Part shown: piece by piece, positions 10,428 through 19,212 of the stretch
Layout: the number at the start of each line of letters is the position of its first letter
Position numbering within the stretch: the first letter of the stretch is position 1
Source: a bacterium
GTDB taxonomy: Bacteria > Patescibacteriota > UBA1384 > VFKW01
Direction: 5' to 3'
DNA: 64,000 nucleotides
Assembly (NCBI GenBank): GCA_030647355.1
Contig: JAUSIS010000006.1
Span: 26,221 to 90,220, forward strand
Notes under the pieces: generated by a model
Databases searched by the model: none
What the model was told of the DNA's origin: nothing
What the model saw: only the letters and a program-made list of their open reading frames with translations
Position numbers and translations under genes: made by a program

Positions 10428-11202
10428 AGGAGCTGGGATCGGGCGCAATCCCATAATTATTAGTACTACTCCTAGGGAGCCGATGGCGTTGTATATTCCG
10501 AAATCTGTCGTGAATATTTTTTTGTTTTTATTAATAGTTACCGGTCTGTTTTACATCTTTTTTGTAAGTGATTATTTTAAGGTAAAGAGGGTAGTCTTTG
10601 AGGGTAGTATAACAAGTGAAGGGCGAGCGGCGGCTGAAAAATCGAGAGGTAAAAATATTTTTTATGTCAATAATTATAGATTGGCAGACGAGGTACGTAA
10701 GGTCTATCCGCAGGCATACTGGGTAAAAATCTATAGGGGATTGCCTGATGTTATCAAAGTCGTTACAGCTGAAAGAACGGTTTCGTTGATCTGGCAGTCT
10801 AACGATCAATATTACTTAGTGGACGATATGGGCATAGCGTTCAGAGCAATCGGAACTCTGGCTAGTAACGAGAAGTGGCAAGCTCTGCCTTTGGTTATTG
10901 ACATAGGCAATTTTAAAGTCGAACTAGGGAAAAGGTTGATTTCTTCACGTTTTATTGATTTTATTTCATATATACATGATAATTTTTCTGAAGTTGAGGG
11001 AAGTAAGCTTGTCAGGATCGAGGTAGCGGAGACGTCTTTCCACCCAGTATTAGTTACGGATTTGGGGTGGAAGGTATTACTCGATAGTAATAGTCCAGCG
11101 AAGGATCAGTTGGACGATTTGAAGCTAATTTTAAATAAGCATAAAGGTGATATTCATGAGTATGTTGATTTGCGAATCGAAGGATGGGGTTATTACAAAT
11201 AA
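10408..11202 (+). CDS. ftsQ: FtsQ/DivIB-like cell division protein (N-terminal TM anchor, POTRA-like domain)
   Basis: Single TM helix followed by a domain with the YQAYWVKIYRGLPDVIKVVTAER pattern. Terminal dcw position after ddl. Start chosen by the RBS GGAGGGAAAAA. Confidence 0.6.
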   Translation: MGWRRNKGAGIGRNPIIISTTPREPMALYIPKSVVNIFLFLLIVTGLFYIFFVSDYFKVKRVVFEGSITSEGRAAAEKSRGKNIFYVNNYRLADEVRKVYPQAYWVKIYRGLPDVIKVVTAERTVSLIWQSNDQYYLVDDMGIAFRAIGTLASNEKWQALPLVIDIGNFKVELGKRLISSRFIDFISYIHDNFSEVEGSKLVRIEVAETSFHPVLVTDLGWKVLLDSNSPAKDQLDDLKLILNKHKGDIHEYVDLRIEGWGYYK

Positions 11203-12868
11203 AGAGTGGGTAATAGCTCCTAAATTATCTTCGAATATAATAAAACAAATACTTTTAGCTCGAGGGATTAAGGAATCTGAGCATGATGTTTTTTTGAACC
11301 CGAAATATGATGAAGGATTGATTGACCCTTTTAAACTAAAGGGAATGAAGAAGGCGGTTGATAGGATTGAAAAGGCTATTTTGAATGAAGAGAAAGTGGG
11401 TATTTTTGGTGATTATGATGCTGATGGGATACCGGCAACCGCCCTCTTGAATGATATTTTGGTATTGCATGGTTCGGAAGTTTGTACTTTTATTCCCAGA
11501 AGAAATGAAGGTTATGGTTTGAGCAGGCGAGGTATTCAAGAATTGGCTAGCAAGGGAGTAAAGCTAATAATTACAGTTGACTTAGGTATTACGGGTAAAG
11601 AGGAGATTGCTTTTGCAAAAGCGCAAGGTATAGATATAATTGTCAGCGATCATCATGAGCCCATTGAAGCGTTGTTTCCTGTTGATGCTTGTAGCGTGAT
11701 TAATCCTAAGCAAAAGGGTTGTAAGTATCCTTTTAAGGAACTATCTGGTACTGCGGTGGCATTCAAACTGGTGAGTGCGTTATGTTTGCGTAGTAGGCGA
11801 TTGAGCGATAGTCAATTAAAATGGTATTTGGATCTAGTGGCGATCAGCATCTTCTGCGATATGGTTCCGCTTTTGGGTGAGAATCGGATATTTGGTAAAT
11901 TTGGCTTGATTGTATTGCAGAAGACTAAAAGGTTAGGTTTAGATAAGTTATATAAAGTGGCTTCTATCGTCAAAGATCAGATTACTCCTTATACTGTCGG
12001 ATTTGGGATTGGTCCTAGACTAAATGCCCCAGGAAGGATGGGAGACTGTGAAGATTCGCTTAAATTACTTATGACACAGGATGATAAGGAGGCATTAGAT
12101 ATTGCTAGACGGCTAGATGATACTAATACTAAGAGACAAAACTTACTTAAAGAAGTATTGGAGGAAGCATTAGGTATTGTTGAAGAGGAAGGGTTGGATA
12201 GAAATAAGATAATTTTAGTGGCAAAAGAAGGGTGGCCCGAAGGAATCATCGGGTTAGTGGCAGGCAGGATAGCAGAAAAATATAATCGTCCGGCTTTTGT
12301 TATAGGATTTAAAGATGGTATAGGGAGGGGGAGTGCCAGATCGCCGGAAGGAATTGATTTGGTGAAAGTCCTGAATTACTGCAGGAAATATTTGATTAAA
12401 CATGGTGGTCATTCGATGGCAGCCGGTTTGACTATCAAAACTCAACACATCGCAATTTTCTATAAAAAACTGCTGGCGATTGCCGAAAGCGAGATATCGT
12501 CGAAAAGCTTGACGGGGAGGATTTATTGCGACTGCAAGGTTAATTTGGATGATATTGATTGGGGATTTTTTCGAGAATTAAGAAAGCTTGAACCTTTCGG
12601 CTCAGGGAATCCAAGGCCGGTTTTTGTCACTAACAATCTCACTTGCGGTAAGATTACGGTAATGGGTAAAACTGGTGAGCATCTGAAGATCGAATTATCT
12701 GATGGAAAGACAACGCGTTGTGCAGTTGGTTTTGGTTTGGCTGGCAAGTTTAGTAACTTGTCTGTAGGCGGGAAGATAGACATCGCATATTCGGTTGATA
12801 GAAATGACTGGCAAGGAAAAGAAAGTTTGCAATTGAAGATTTTAGATATTAAACTCAGGATGGATTAA
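11147..12868 (+). CDS. recJ: Single-stranded-DNA-specific exonuclease RecJ
   Basis: DHH family motifs (GDYDADG, VSDHHEP), DHHA1 domain (GGGHSMAAG), C-terminal OB-fold. Confidence 0.85.
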   Translation: MIFMSMLICESKDGVITNKEWVIAPKLSSNIIKQILLARGIKESEHDVFLNPKYDEGLIDPFKLKGMKKAVDRIEKAILNEEKVGIFGDYDADGIPATALLNDILVLHGSEVCTFIPRRNEGYGLSRRGIQELASKGVKLIITVDLGITGKEEIAFAKAQGIDIIVSDHHEPIEALFPVDACSVINPKQKGCKYPFKELSGTAVAFKLVSALCLRSRRLSDSQLKWYLDLVAISIFCDMVPLLGENRIFGKFGLIVLQKTKRLGLDKLYKVASIVKDQITPYTVGFGIGPRLNAPGRMGDCEDSLKLLMTQDDKEALDIARRLDDTNTKRQNLLKEVLEEALGIVEEEGLDRNKIILVAKEGWPEGIIGLVAGRIAEKYNRPAFVIGFKDGIGRGSARSPEGIDLVKVLNYCRKYLIKHGGHSMAAGLTIKTQHIAIFYKKLLAIAESEISSKSLTGRIYCDCKVNLDDIDWGFFRELRKLEPFGSGNPRPVFVTNNLTCGKITVMGKTGEHLKIELSDGKTTRCAVGFGLAGKFSNLSVGGKIDIAYSVDRNDWQGKESLQLKILDIKLRMD

Positions 12869-12899
12869 CAAGTACCTAAGTAAGCTGGAAAGAGTAGAT

Positions 12900-14186
12900 A
12901 TGAAGCAAATTAATTTAGTTTATGTTTGTGAAAACTGCGGAGAAGAGAGTTCTAAGTGGAGCGGCAGATGCAGTAATTGCGGGCAATGGAATTCTCTAGT
13001 GGAGATGAGAGGCCTTAATAAAAAAAATAAGGCAGCGCGAGGAGATCTTGCTTCTCCAATTAGTATTAATGCCATTGGTATTGGTAATTTTATTAATATT
13101 TCAACTGGTCTTGGGGAATTTGATCGAGTAATCGGAGGCGGAATTGTGCCCGGTTCGTTACTACTTTTAGCGGGTGACCCCGGGATTGGCAAGAGTACAT
13201 TACTTCTGATGGTGGCAGAACGGATGAAGGAAGTTTTATATGTCAGTGGTGAAGAATCTTGTGAACAGATTAAACTAAGAGCCGACAGGTTGAAAGTCAA
13301 AAATGGCGATATAAAAGTTTTAGCTGAGACTAATGTGAATTATATATGTGAGCTTATTAGTAAAGATAAACCGGCTTTAGTGGTTGTTGACTCTATACAG
13401 GCCATGTATGACGAGAATTTTCCCAGTACGCCGGGGAGTATCGTGCAGGTTAGAGAATGTGCATTAAAACTACAGAGGGTAGCAAAAACATTGCACATTC
13501 CGATTGTCTTAGTTGGTCATGCTACTAAAGACGGATCTGTGGCGGGGCCGCGAACGCTTGAGCATTTGGTGGATGCGGTTTTTTACTTGGAAGGAGATAG
13601 ATTTAAAGAAACGCGAATCCTCAGGGGAATTAAAAATCGGTTTGGTCCGACTGACGAGATAGGTATATTTGCGATGGAAGGCAGTGGCTTGAAAGAGATT
13701 CTCAATCCTTCGGAGTTATTTCTTGAGGAAAGGGTTGGCTCGTCTGGTTCGGTTGTGACGGCAACGATGGAAGGAAGCAGGCCTTTTTTGGTTGAGATTC
13801 AAGCGCTTACTGCCACGACAGTGTTCGGTTATCCACGGAGAACGGCAAGCGGATTTGATGCAAACCGGCTCCAGTTGTTGCTGGCTGTCTTAACAAATAA
13901 GGCGAAACTTCAGTTGCAAAATCAGGATGTATATATTAATGTGGTGGGTGGTTTCCAATTGAAAGAACCGGCTGTAGATTTAGCTGTCGCTATGGCAGTT
14001 GTATCTTCTTTTCACAATAAGGCGATTGATTCTAAGTTATGTGTGTTTGGTGAGATAGGTCTATCTGGGGAGATTCGAAATGTTCCGCAGGCTGATAAGA
14101 GGAAAAAAGAAGCAAAAAGACTTGGGTTTACGGAGATGACGCATGTCAGGAATGTTCACGATGTTATTAATCTGCTTTTTAAGTAG
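12900..14186 (+). CDS. radA: DNA repair protein RadA/Sms
   Basis: N-terminal C4 zinc finger (CENCG..CSNCGQW), Walker A GDPGIGKSTLLL, KNRFG motif, C-terminal Lon-protease-like domain. Confidence 0.9.
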   Translation: MKQINLVYVCENCGEESSKWSGRCSNCGQWNSLVEMRGLNKKNKAARGDLASPISINAIGIGNFINISTGLGEFDRVIGGGIVPGSLLLLAGDPGIGKSTLLLMVAERMKEVLYVSGEESCEQIKLRADRLKVKNGDIKVLAETNVNYICELISKDKPALVVVDSIQAMYDENFPSTPGSIVQVRECALKLQRVAKTLHIPIVLVGHATKDGSVAGPRTLEHLVDAVFYLEGDRFKETRILRGIKNRFGPTDEIGIFAMEGSGLKEILNPSELFLEERVGSSGSVVTATMEGSRPFLVEIQALTATTVFGYPRRTASGFDANRLQLLLAVLTNKAKLQLQNQDVYINVVGGFQLKEPAVDLAVAMAVVSSFHNKAIDSKLCVFGEIGLSGEIRNVPQADKRKKEAKRLGFTEMTHVRNVHDVINLLFK

Positions 14187-14200
14187 GTAGGAGAAATGCT

Positions 14201-15127
14201 ATGGAATTAGGGCTAACTTCTCAAAAGGATTTTACGTTTTTTATTATCATTCTTTTTATAGCGTTGGGTGCGTTGGTAGTAACACGCAAATTAATAAAGG
14301 TTGAGTTTCCTTACTTTTTTATGGGCGTTTTGGGGGCGGCGGTCGGGTTATTGGTGGGTAATTTATTGGGGAGATCGCTGGGTTTTCTACCGGGTCAGTA
14401 TGGCAAGTGGCTGCCATCTGTTGTGCAAATTTTTACAGCAGTAGCTGTATTTGATCTGTTTTTAGCTCAGTCTTACTCGGTTGCAAGGTATTTTGCTAAT
14501 ATTTTAAGTGACAAAGATATTCTTAATAATAAAGCAGAGATTATAGTTGATACTTCGGTTTTGGTAGATGGTAGGATAGAAGATTTAGCTTCGACGGGTT
14601 TTATTTCGGGAAAATTAATAATTCCTAAGTTTGTCTTACTAGAACTACAGAGTATCGCTGACTCTAAGGATTATTTGAAGCGAGTGAAGGGGCGTAGGGG
14701 ATTAGAGGTGCTAGCCAATCTTCAAAGAAATCGTCATGTGAGCATTGAAATTTCCGAAGATCGAATGCGGGATAAAGATAAGGTAGATAATAAGCTGGTT
14801 AAGATCGCCAAAGAGCGTGGGGGCAGGATATTAACAGTTGATTTCAATCTTAGCCAGGTAGCACAGATACAGAATGTGGAAACATTGAATCTGAATGCAC
14901 TGGCGTCAGCTGTTAAGTCGCAATTGATTCCCGGGGAAGATATTGAGGTGAAGGTTGTGCAGAAAGGCAAAGAGAAAGGGCAGGGTGTCGGTTATCTTGA
15001 AGATGGCACGATGATAGTGGTTGATGGGGGCGATAAGCATGTAGGGGAGAGCTTGGACTGCCAAGTGGTACGGATCTATCAAACGACTACCGGTAAGATG
15101 ATTTTTGTAGAACCTAAGGTTAACTAG
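14201..15127 (+). CDS. PIN and TRAM domain membrane protein (YacL-like)
   Basis: Two N-terminal TM helices, PIN domain (IIVDTSVLVDGRIEDL), C-terminal TRAM-like beta domain. Architecture matches the B. subtilis YacL family. Confidence 0.7.
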   Translation: MELGLTSQKDFTFFIIILFIALGALVVTRKLIKVEFPYFFMGVLGAAVGLLVGNLLGRSLGFLPGQYGKWLPSVVQIFTAVAVFDLFLAQSYSVARYFANILSDKDILNNKAEIIVDTSVLVDGRIEDLASTGFISGKLIIPKFVLLELQSIADSKDYLKRVKGRRGLEVLANLQRNRHVSIEISEDRMRDKDKVDNKLVKIAKERGGRILTVDFNLSQVAQIQNVETLNLNALASAVKSQLIPGEDIEVKVVQKGKEKGQGVGYLEDGTMIVVDGGDKHVGESLDCQVVRIYQTTTGKMIFVEPKVN

Positions 15128-15152
15128 ATAGAAATATGTCAATTGATTTGGT

Positions 15153-17954
15153 TTAGAAGCATTGTTGTGGGGATTTATTTTGATTTTGGTTATTGGAAGA
15201 ATCAACCCCTTGAACTGTAAAACATTTTTGTCCATTAGGAAGTCCTGCGAAAGCGCCTGGCATATAAGAACCAGGTGTAGCTGCATATTCGCCTTTGAGA
15301 GATCCTATATTTCCGTTTGAAGTTGAGAAGTATACCCGTACCTTAACCAGATCGGCATCCGATGGATTAGTCCAAAAAATGCTGGCAGAATTATTTGTCG
15401 TAGTACTATGGGTAACATCAATGATTGCATCTCCGGGAGGAGTGACATCGGCGCCGACTGTAATGGTAATAGAACTTTTTGCGCTGATTCCACTGGCATT
15501 GACTCGTGCCGAAAGTTCATGAGCTCCAGTGCTTAATTGATTAGCATTGTATGTTAGGACATAAGGACTTGTGTGGACGGTACCAATTGTATTTGTCCCA
15601 TCAATTATAAATTCAACATTATCTATGGTGCCAGCGTTATAGGAAGCGTCCGCTCTTATAGTGAAGAATCCCGAAACAGAAGCATTATCAGCTGGCTCGG
15701 TAATATTGATGATAGGTTTGACAACTTCTTCCAACTTACAGTATCTGGTGGGTGAGGGAATATACATGCCATTTGACTTGGCCCAGGCTTTAACAGGATT
15801 TTCCCAGCCGGGTTTATCAGGGAATTCTGAATGGATGTTGGAAAAGACTTTTTCTTCCACTTGACTTGCAGGCATATTTTTAGGTGCGAGAAGATTGTTG
15901 GACTTACAAACCCTTAATTTGACATTCACATCGTCTCTTTCGGTAGGAACTTGCCATTTAGCAAAGATGTCCGTAATGAATTCCTTGGAGAGTGAGCTGC
16001 GCAGTTTGTTAGAGTATTTTTCGACTGTCAGCTCTTGGATTTCTGCGGGTCTTGAGAATTTTTCGACTGGCTGACCTTTAAGGGTAGATTCCATAAATTG
16101 ATGCCAAATTGGTGCTGCTCCAATAGAACCGCCCGATGGTGACATCGGTTTACCGCTATTATTGCCTACCCATACTGCAGTGACGAGCTGGGGGGTGTAG
16201 CCCACGGTCCAGGCATCTTTATAATCATTTGAGGTACCAGTTTTAGCGGCAACCGGGCGGTCTTTCAAGCTTAGGTTATTCATAGTGAAACTGAAGACTG
16301 GTTTTTTAGCATTTAAATCCGATAGTACATCACTTATTTCGTAGGCAACTTGTGGGTCTAGCACTTTCCTGTCGTTTTCTTTTGGTTTCCACTCTTCAAG
16401 CACTCGGCCGTTGGCATCAGTTACCTTAAGTATTGGCGTTGTTTTGGCCAGGGTTCCACTATTAGCAAACACACCATAGGCGGTTGCCATATCAAGTGGG
16501 CGCACTTCCCCGGCGCCTAGAGCTAAAGACAGACCATAACGACTAGGGTCGGTTAATGTAGTAATACCCATATTGTCAGCGGTTTCCAGCATCTTATCAA
16601 TGCCAACCAATCCGAGGGCTTTGACGGCTGGAATATTTAGGGAGTTCCCAAGAGCATATCTTATAGTAACCGGGCCACGGAAACGTCCATCATAGTTTTT
16701 GGGAACATACTTACCAAAATCTGTTTGCAGGTCGAACAAGATTGAACCAGGATTATATTTACCTTGAAGGAGTGTGGCGTAGACAATTGGTTTAATAGAA
16801 GAACCTGGCTGGCGTTTGGCAGTAGTTACATTATAGTTGCCGTCGTTTTTGGTATCAAAATAGTCTAGAGAACCAACCATGGCGATAATCTGTCCGGTCT
16901 TAGGATCCAGGGCAACAAGACCCGTGTTGGATGCTCCATATTTTTTCAGATGAGCGGTAGAATCGCTGACGGCTTTCTCGGCTAGAGCTTGTTTGTCCAT
17001 ATCTAGTGTGGTAGTAACTTTCAATCCACCGCTTTCGACCATTTTCTCGCCGTATTTTTCGACGAGCACTTCTTTCACATACATAACAAAATGTGGTGCT
17101 TTAATATTTTCTCGACGAGGAATGAATTGTATAGGTAAGGCTTGAGTAGCGAGCTTTTGTTTTTTAGTGATGTAGCCTTGTTCCTGCATCTTTAATAAAG
17201 TTATATTTCGTCTATCTTTAAGGAGGTCTTGGTGATTGTAGAAGTAGGTTGGCATTTGGACAAGTGAAGCGAGAGTGGCAGCCTCGTCTAGAGTTAAATC
17301 TTGGGCATGTTTATTGTAATAGATACTGGCAGCTGCTTCGACGCCGTAGGCGTTTGAGCCATAAGGAATTTCGTTGAGGTACTTGGTAAGAATTTCCTCC
17401 TTACTGTACATGATTTCAATTTCTAGAGCTAAAATGAGTTCTTTTATTTTACGAGTCAGGCTTTTTTCATTGGTTAGGAGCGCATTTTTGACGAATTGTT
17501 GGGTGATAGTTGAGCCCCCATATCTTTTGTTGGCTAAATTACTGAAGACAGCGCGCGCTAAACCACGAAAGTCTACACCAATGTGGTGGTAGAAGTCTTT
17601 GTCTTCGAGGGCAACAGTTGCCTGTCGCATATAGAGCGGCATTTGTTCCTTAGTGATAACTGTGCGTTTAAATTCGCCGGATATTGAATATAATGGTGTC
17701 TTACTATCCCTGGCGTAGATCTGACTTGATTGAGACACATAACGATGTTTGATTTTGCCCGGAGTAGGCAGATCTTTAGAAAACCAGGCGAACAGGAGAG
17801 CTATGCCAAATAGGATAATTAGAAAAGAGTAGAGAGCAATATTGGCAATCGATCGGAGTGTAAAAATCTTTTTATGTTTAGATAGTGTTTTAGTAAGCTT
17901 TTGGAGATTTAGGGGGTTAGAAAAATTACTGCGAAATTTTTTTTGTTTTTTCAT
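15153..17954 (-). CDS. Class A penicillin-binding protein (PBP1A-type glycosyltransferase + transpeptidase) with a ~260-aa C-terminal Ig/FN3-like extension
   Basis: GT51 motifs EDKDFYHHIGVD and GGSTITQQ. Transpeptidase motifs SIKP, SLN, KTGTS. N-terminal TM anchor. C-terminal repeats look like beta-sandwich domains. Confidence 0.85.
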   Translation of the reverse strand: MKKQKKFRSNFSNPLNLQKLTKTLSKHKKIFTLRSIANIALYSFLIILFGIALLFAWFSKDLPTPGKIKHRYVSQSSQIYARDSKTPLYSISGEFKRTVITKEQMPLYMRQATVALEDKDFYHHIGVDFRGLARAVFSNLANKRYGGSTITQQFVKNALLTNEKSLTRKIKELILALEIEIMYSKEEILTKYLNEIPYGSNAYGVEAAASIYYNKHAQDLTLDEAATLASLVQMPTYFYNHQDLLKDRRNITLLKMQEQGYITKKQKLATQALPIQFIPRRENIKAPHFVMYVKEVLVEKYGEKMVESGGLKVTTTLDMDKQALAEKAVSDSTAHLKKYGASNTGLVALDPKTGQIIAMVGSLDYFDTKNDGNYNVTTAKRQPGSSIKPIVYATLLQGKYNPGSILFDLQTDFGKYVPKNYDGRFRGPVTIRYALGNSLNIPAVKALGLVGIDKMLETADNMGITTLTDPSRYGLSLALGAGEVRPLDMATAYGVFANSGTLAKTTPILKVTDANGRVLEEWKPKENDRKVLDPQVAYEISDVLSDLNAKKPVFSFTMNNLSLKDRPVAAKTGTSNDYKDAWTVGYTPQLVTAVWVGNNSGKPMSPSGGSIGAAPIWHQFMESTLKGQPVEKFSRPAEIQELTVEKYSNKLRSSLSKEFITDIFAKWQVPTERDDVNVKLRVCKSNNLLAPKNMPASQVEEKVFSNIHSEFPDKPGWENPVKAWAKSNGMYIPSPTRYCKLEEVVKPIINITEPADNASVSGFFTIRADASYNAGTIDNVEFIIDGTNTIGTVHTSPYVLTYNANQLSTGAHELSARVNASGISAKSSITITVGADVTPPGDAIIDVTHSTTTNNSASIFWTNPSDADLVKVRVYFSTSNGNIGSLKGEYAATPGSYMPGAFAGLPNGQKCFTVQGVDSSNNQNQNKSPQQCF

Positions 17955-18024
17955 CTTAACTCCACTTTACATTATACTATATTAGATTAAAATAAAAATA
18001 ATAAAGTATTAAGAGAGGTTTTTC

Positions 18025-19206
18025 ATGAGACATGATTTGTTAAAGAGGGCAGTAGCCGAAGTAATAGAGCAGAGATCGTTGGAAGAGAAACTAAAACGAG
18101 GTGATAAGCTTAGGATTAAATTAGGGGTTGATCCGACATCGCCCGATATTCATTTGGGTCATATGGTAGTTATTAATAAGCTACGAGAGTTTCAGCAAAT
18201 CGGTCACAAGATTATTTTAATCATTGGTGACTACACGGCTAGGATTGGTGATCCAAGTGGAAAAAAGAAAACCCGTCCAATATTAACAGAAAAAGAGATT
18301 GAGTCAAATTCTAAGACATATTTAAAGCAAGTTGGGAAGGTATTAAATGTTTCTGCTTCGGAAGTGGTACGGAATTCCAAATGGTTTTCTAAATTTTCAT
18401 TTGCCGATTGGCTGGATTTATTATCAAAATTTACGGTTGCTCAGATACTAGAAAGGGATGATTTTTCTAATAGATTCAAATCTGGCATTGATATCGGAAT
18501 GCATGAGTTAGTGTATCCTGCAATGCAGGCATATGATTCAATTATGGTCAAATCGGATTTGGAAATCGGTGGAACTGACCAGAAGTTTAATATGCTGGCT
18601 GGACGAGATTTGCAAAGGAAAATGGGGCAAAAGCCGCAGGATATAATAACGGTTCCGATTTTGGTTGGGACCGATGGCAGGGAGAAGATGTCTAAGAGTT
18701 TAGGAAATGCAATCGGTGTAGCAGAAAAGCCAACTGAGATCTATGGAAAAGTGATGTCAATTCCCGATAACTTAATACTGCCGTTTTTCTCTTTGGCAAC
18801 TGATATTTCAGATGGTGGGTTGAAAATGGTAGAGAAAGAGCTGGTTGAAGGGGCTAACCCGAGGGATGTAAAAGCGCGGTTGGCATATCTGATAGTTGAG
18901 ACGTATTATGACAGCGAGCAAGCGTCTTTAGCGGGTGAGTATTTTGATGAAACTTGTCGTGATAAGAAAATCCCTAATAAGATGCCTATATTGGAAATAA
19001 AGAGAAATTTTTCTGGGAGTATAACAGATTTAATAAGTATAGCCGATCACAAACTGAGTAAAAGCCAAGTACGACGGTTGATTGATCAGGGGGGGGTTAA
19101 GATAGATGGCCAAGTTGTTCGAGGGGCAAGTGAAAAAATTTCAGTTATAGGGGGAATGAAATTGCAGATTGGAAAAAGAAGGTTCTTCCGAGTTAAATTC
19201 GAGTAA
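18025..19206 (+). CDS. tyrS: Tyrosyl-tRNA synthetase with C-terminal S4 domain
   Basis: HIGH-class motif (PDIHLGH), KMSKS motif, C-terminal S4-like RNA-binding domain (SKSQVRRLIDQGGVKIDG). Confidence 0.85.
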   Translation: MRHDLLKRAVAEVIEQRSLEEKLKRGDKLRIKLGVDPTSPDIHLGHMVVINKLREFQQIGHKIILIIGDYTARIGDPSGKKKTRPILTEKEIESNSKTYLKQVGKVLNVSASEVVRNSKWFSKFSFADWLDLLSKFTVAQILERDDFSNRFKSGIDIGMHELVYPAMQAYDSIMVKSDLEIGGTDQKFNMLAGRDLQRKMGQKPQDIITVPILVGTDGREKMSKSLGNAIGVAEKPTEIYGKVMSIPDNLILPFFSLATDISDGGLKMVEKELVEGANPRDVKARLAYLIVETYYDSEQASLAGEYFDETCRDKKIPNKMPILEIKRNFSGSITDLISIADHKLSKSQVRRLIDQGGVKIDGQVVRGASEKISVIGGMKLQIGKRRFFRVKFE

Positions 19207-19212
19207 GTTGTG

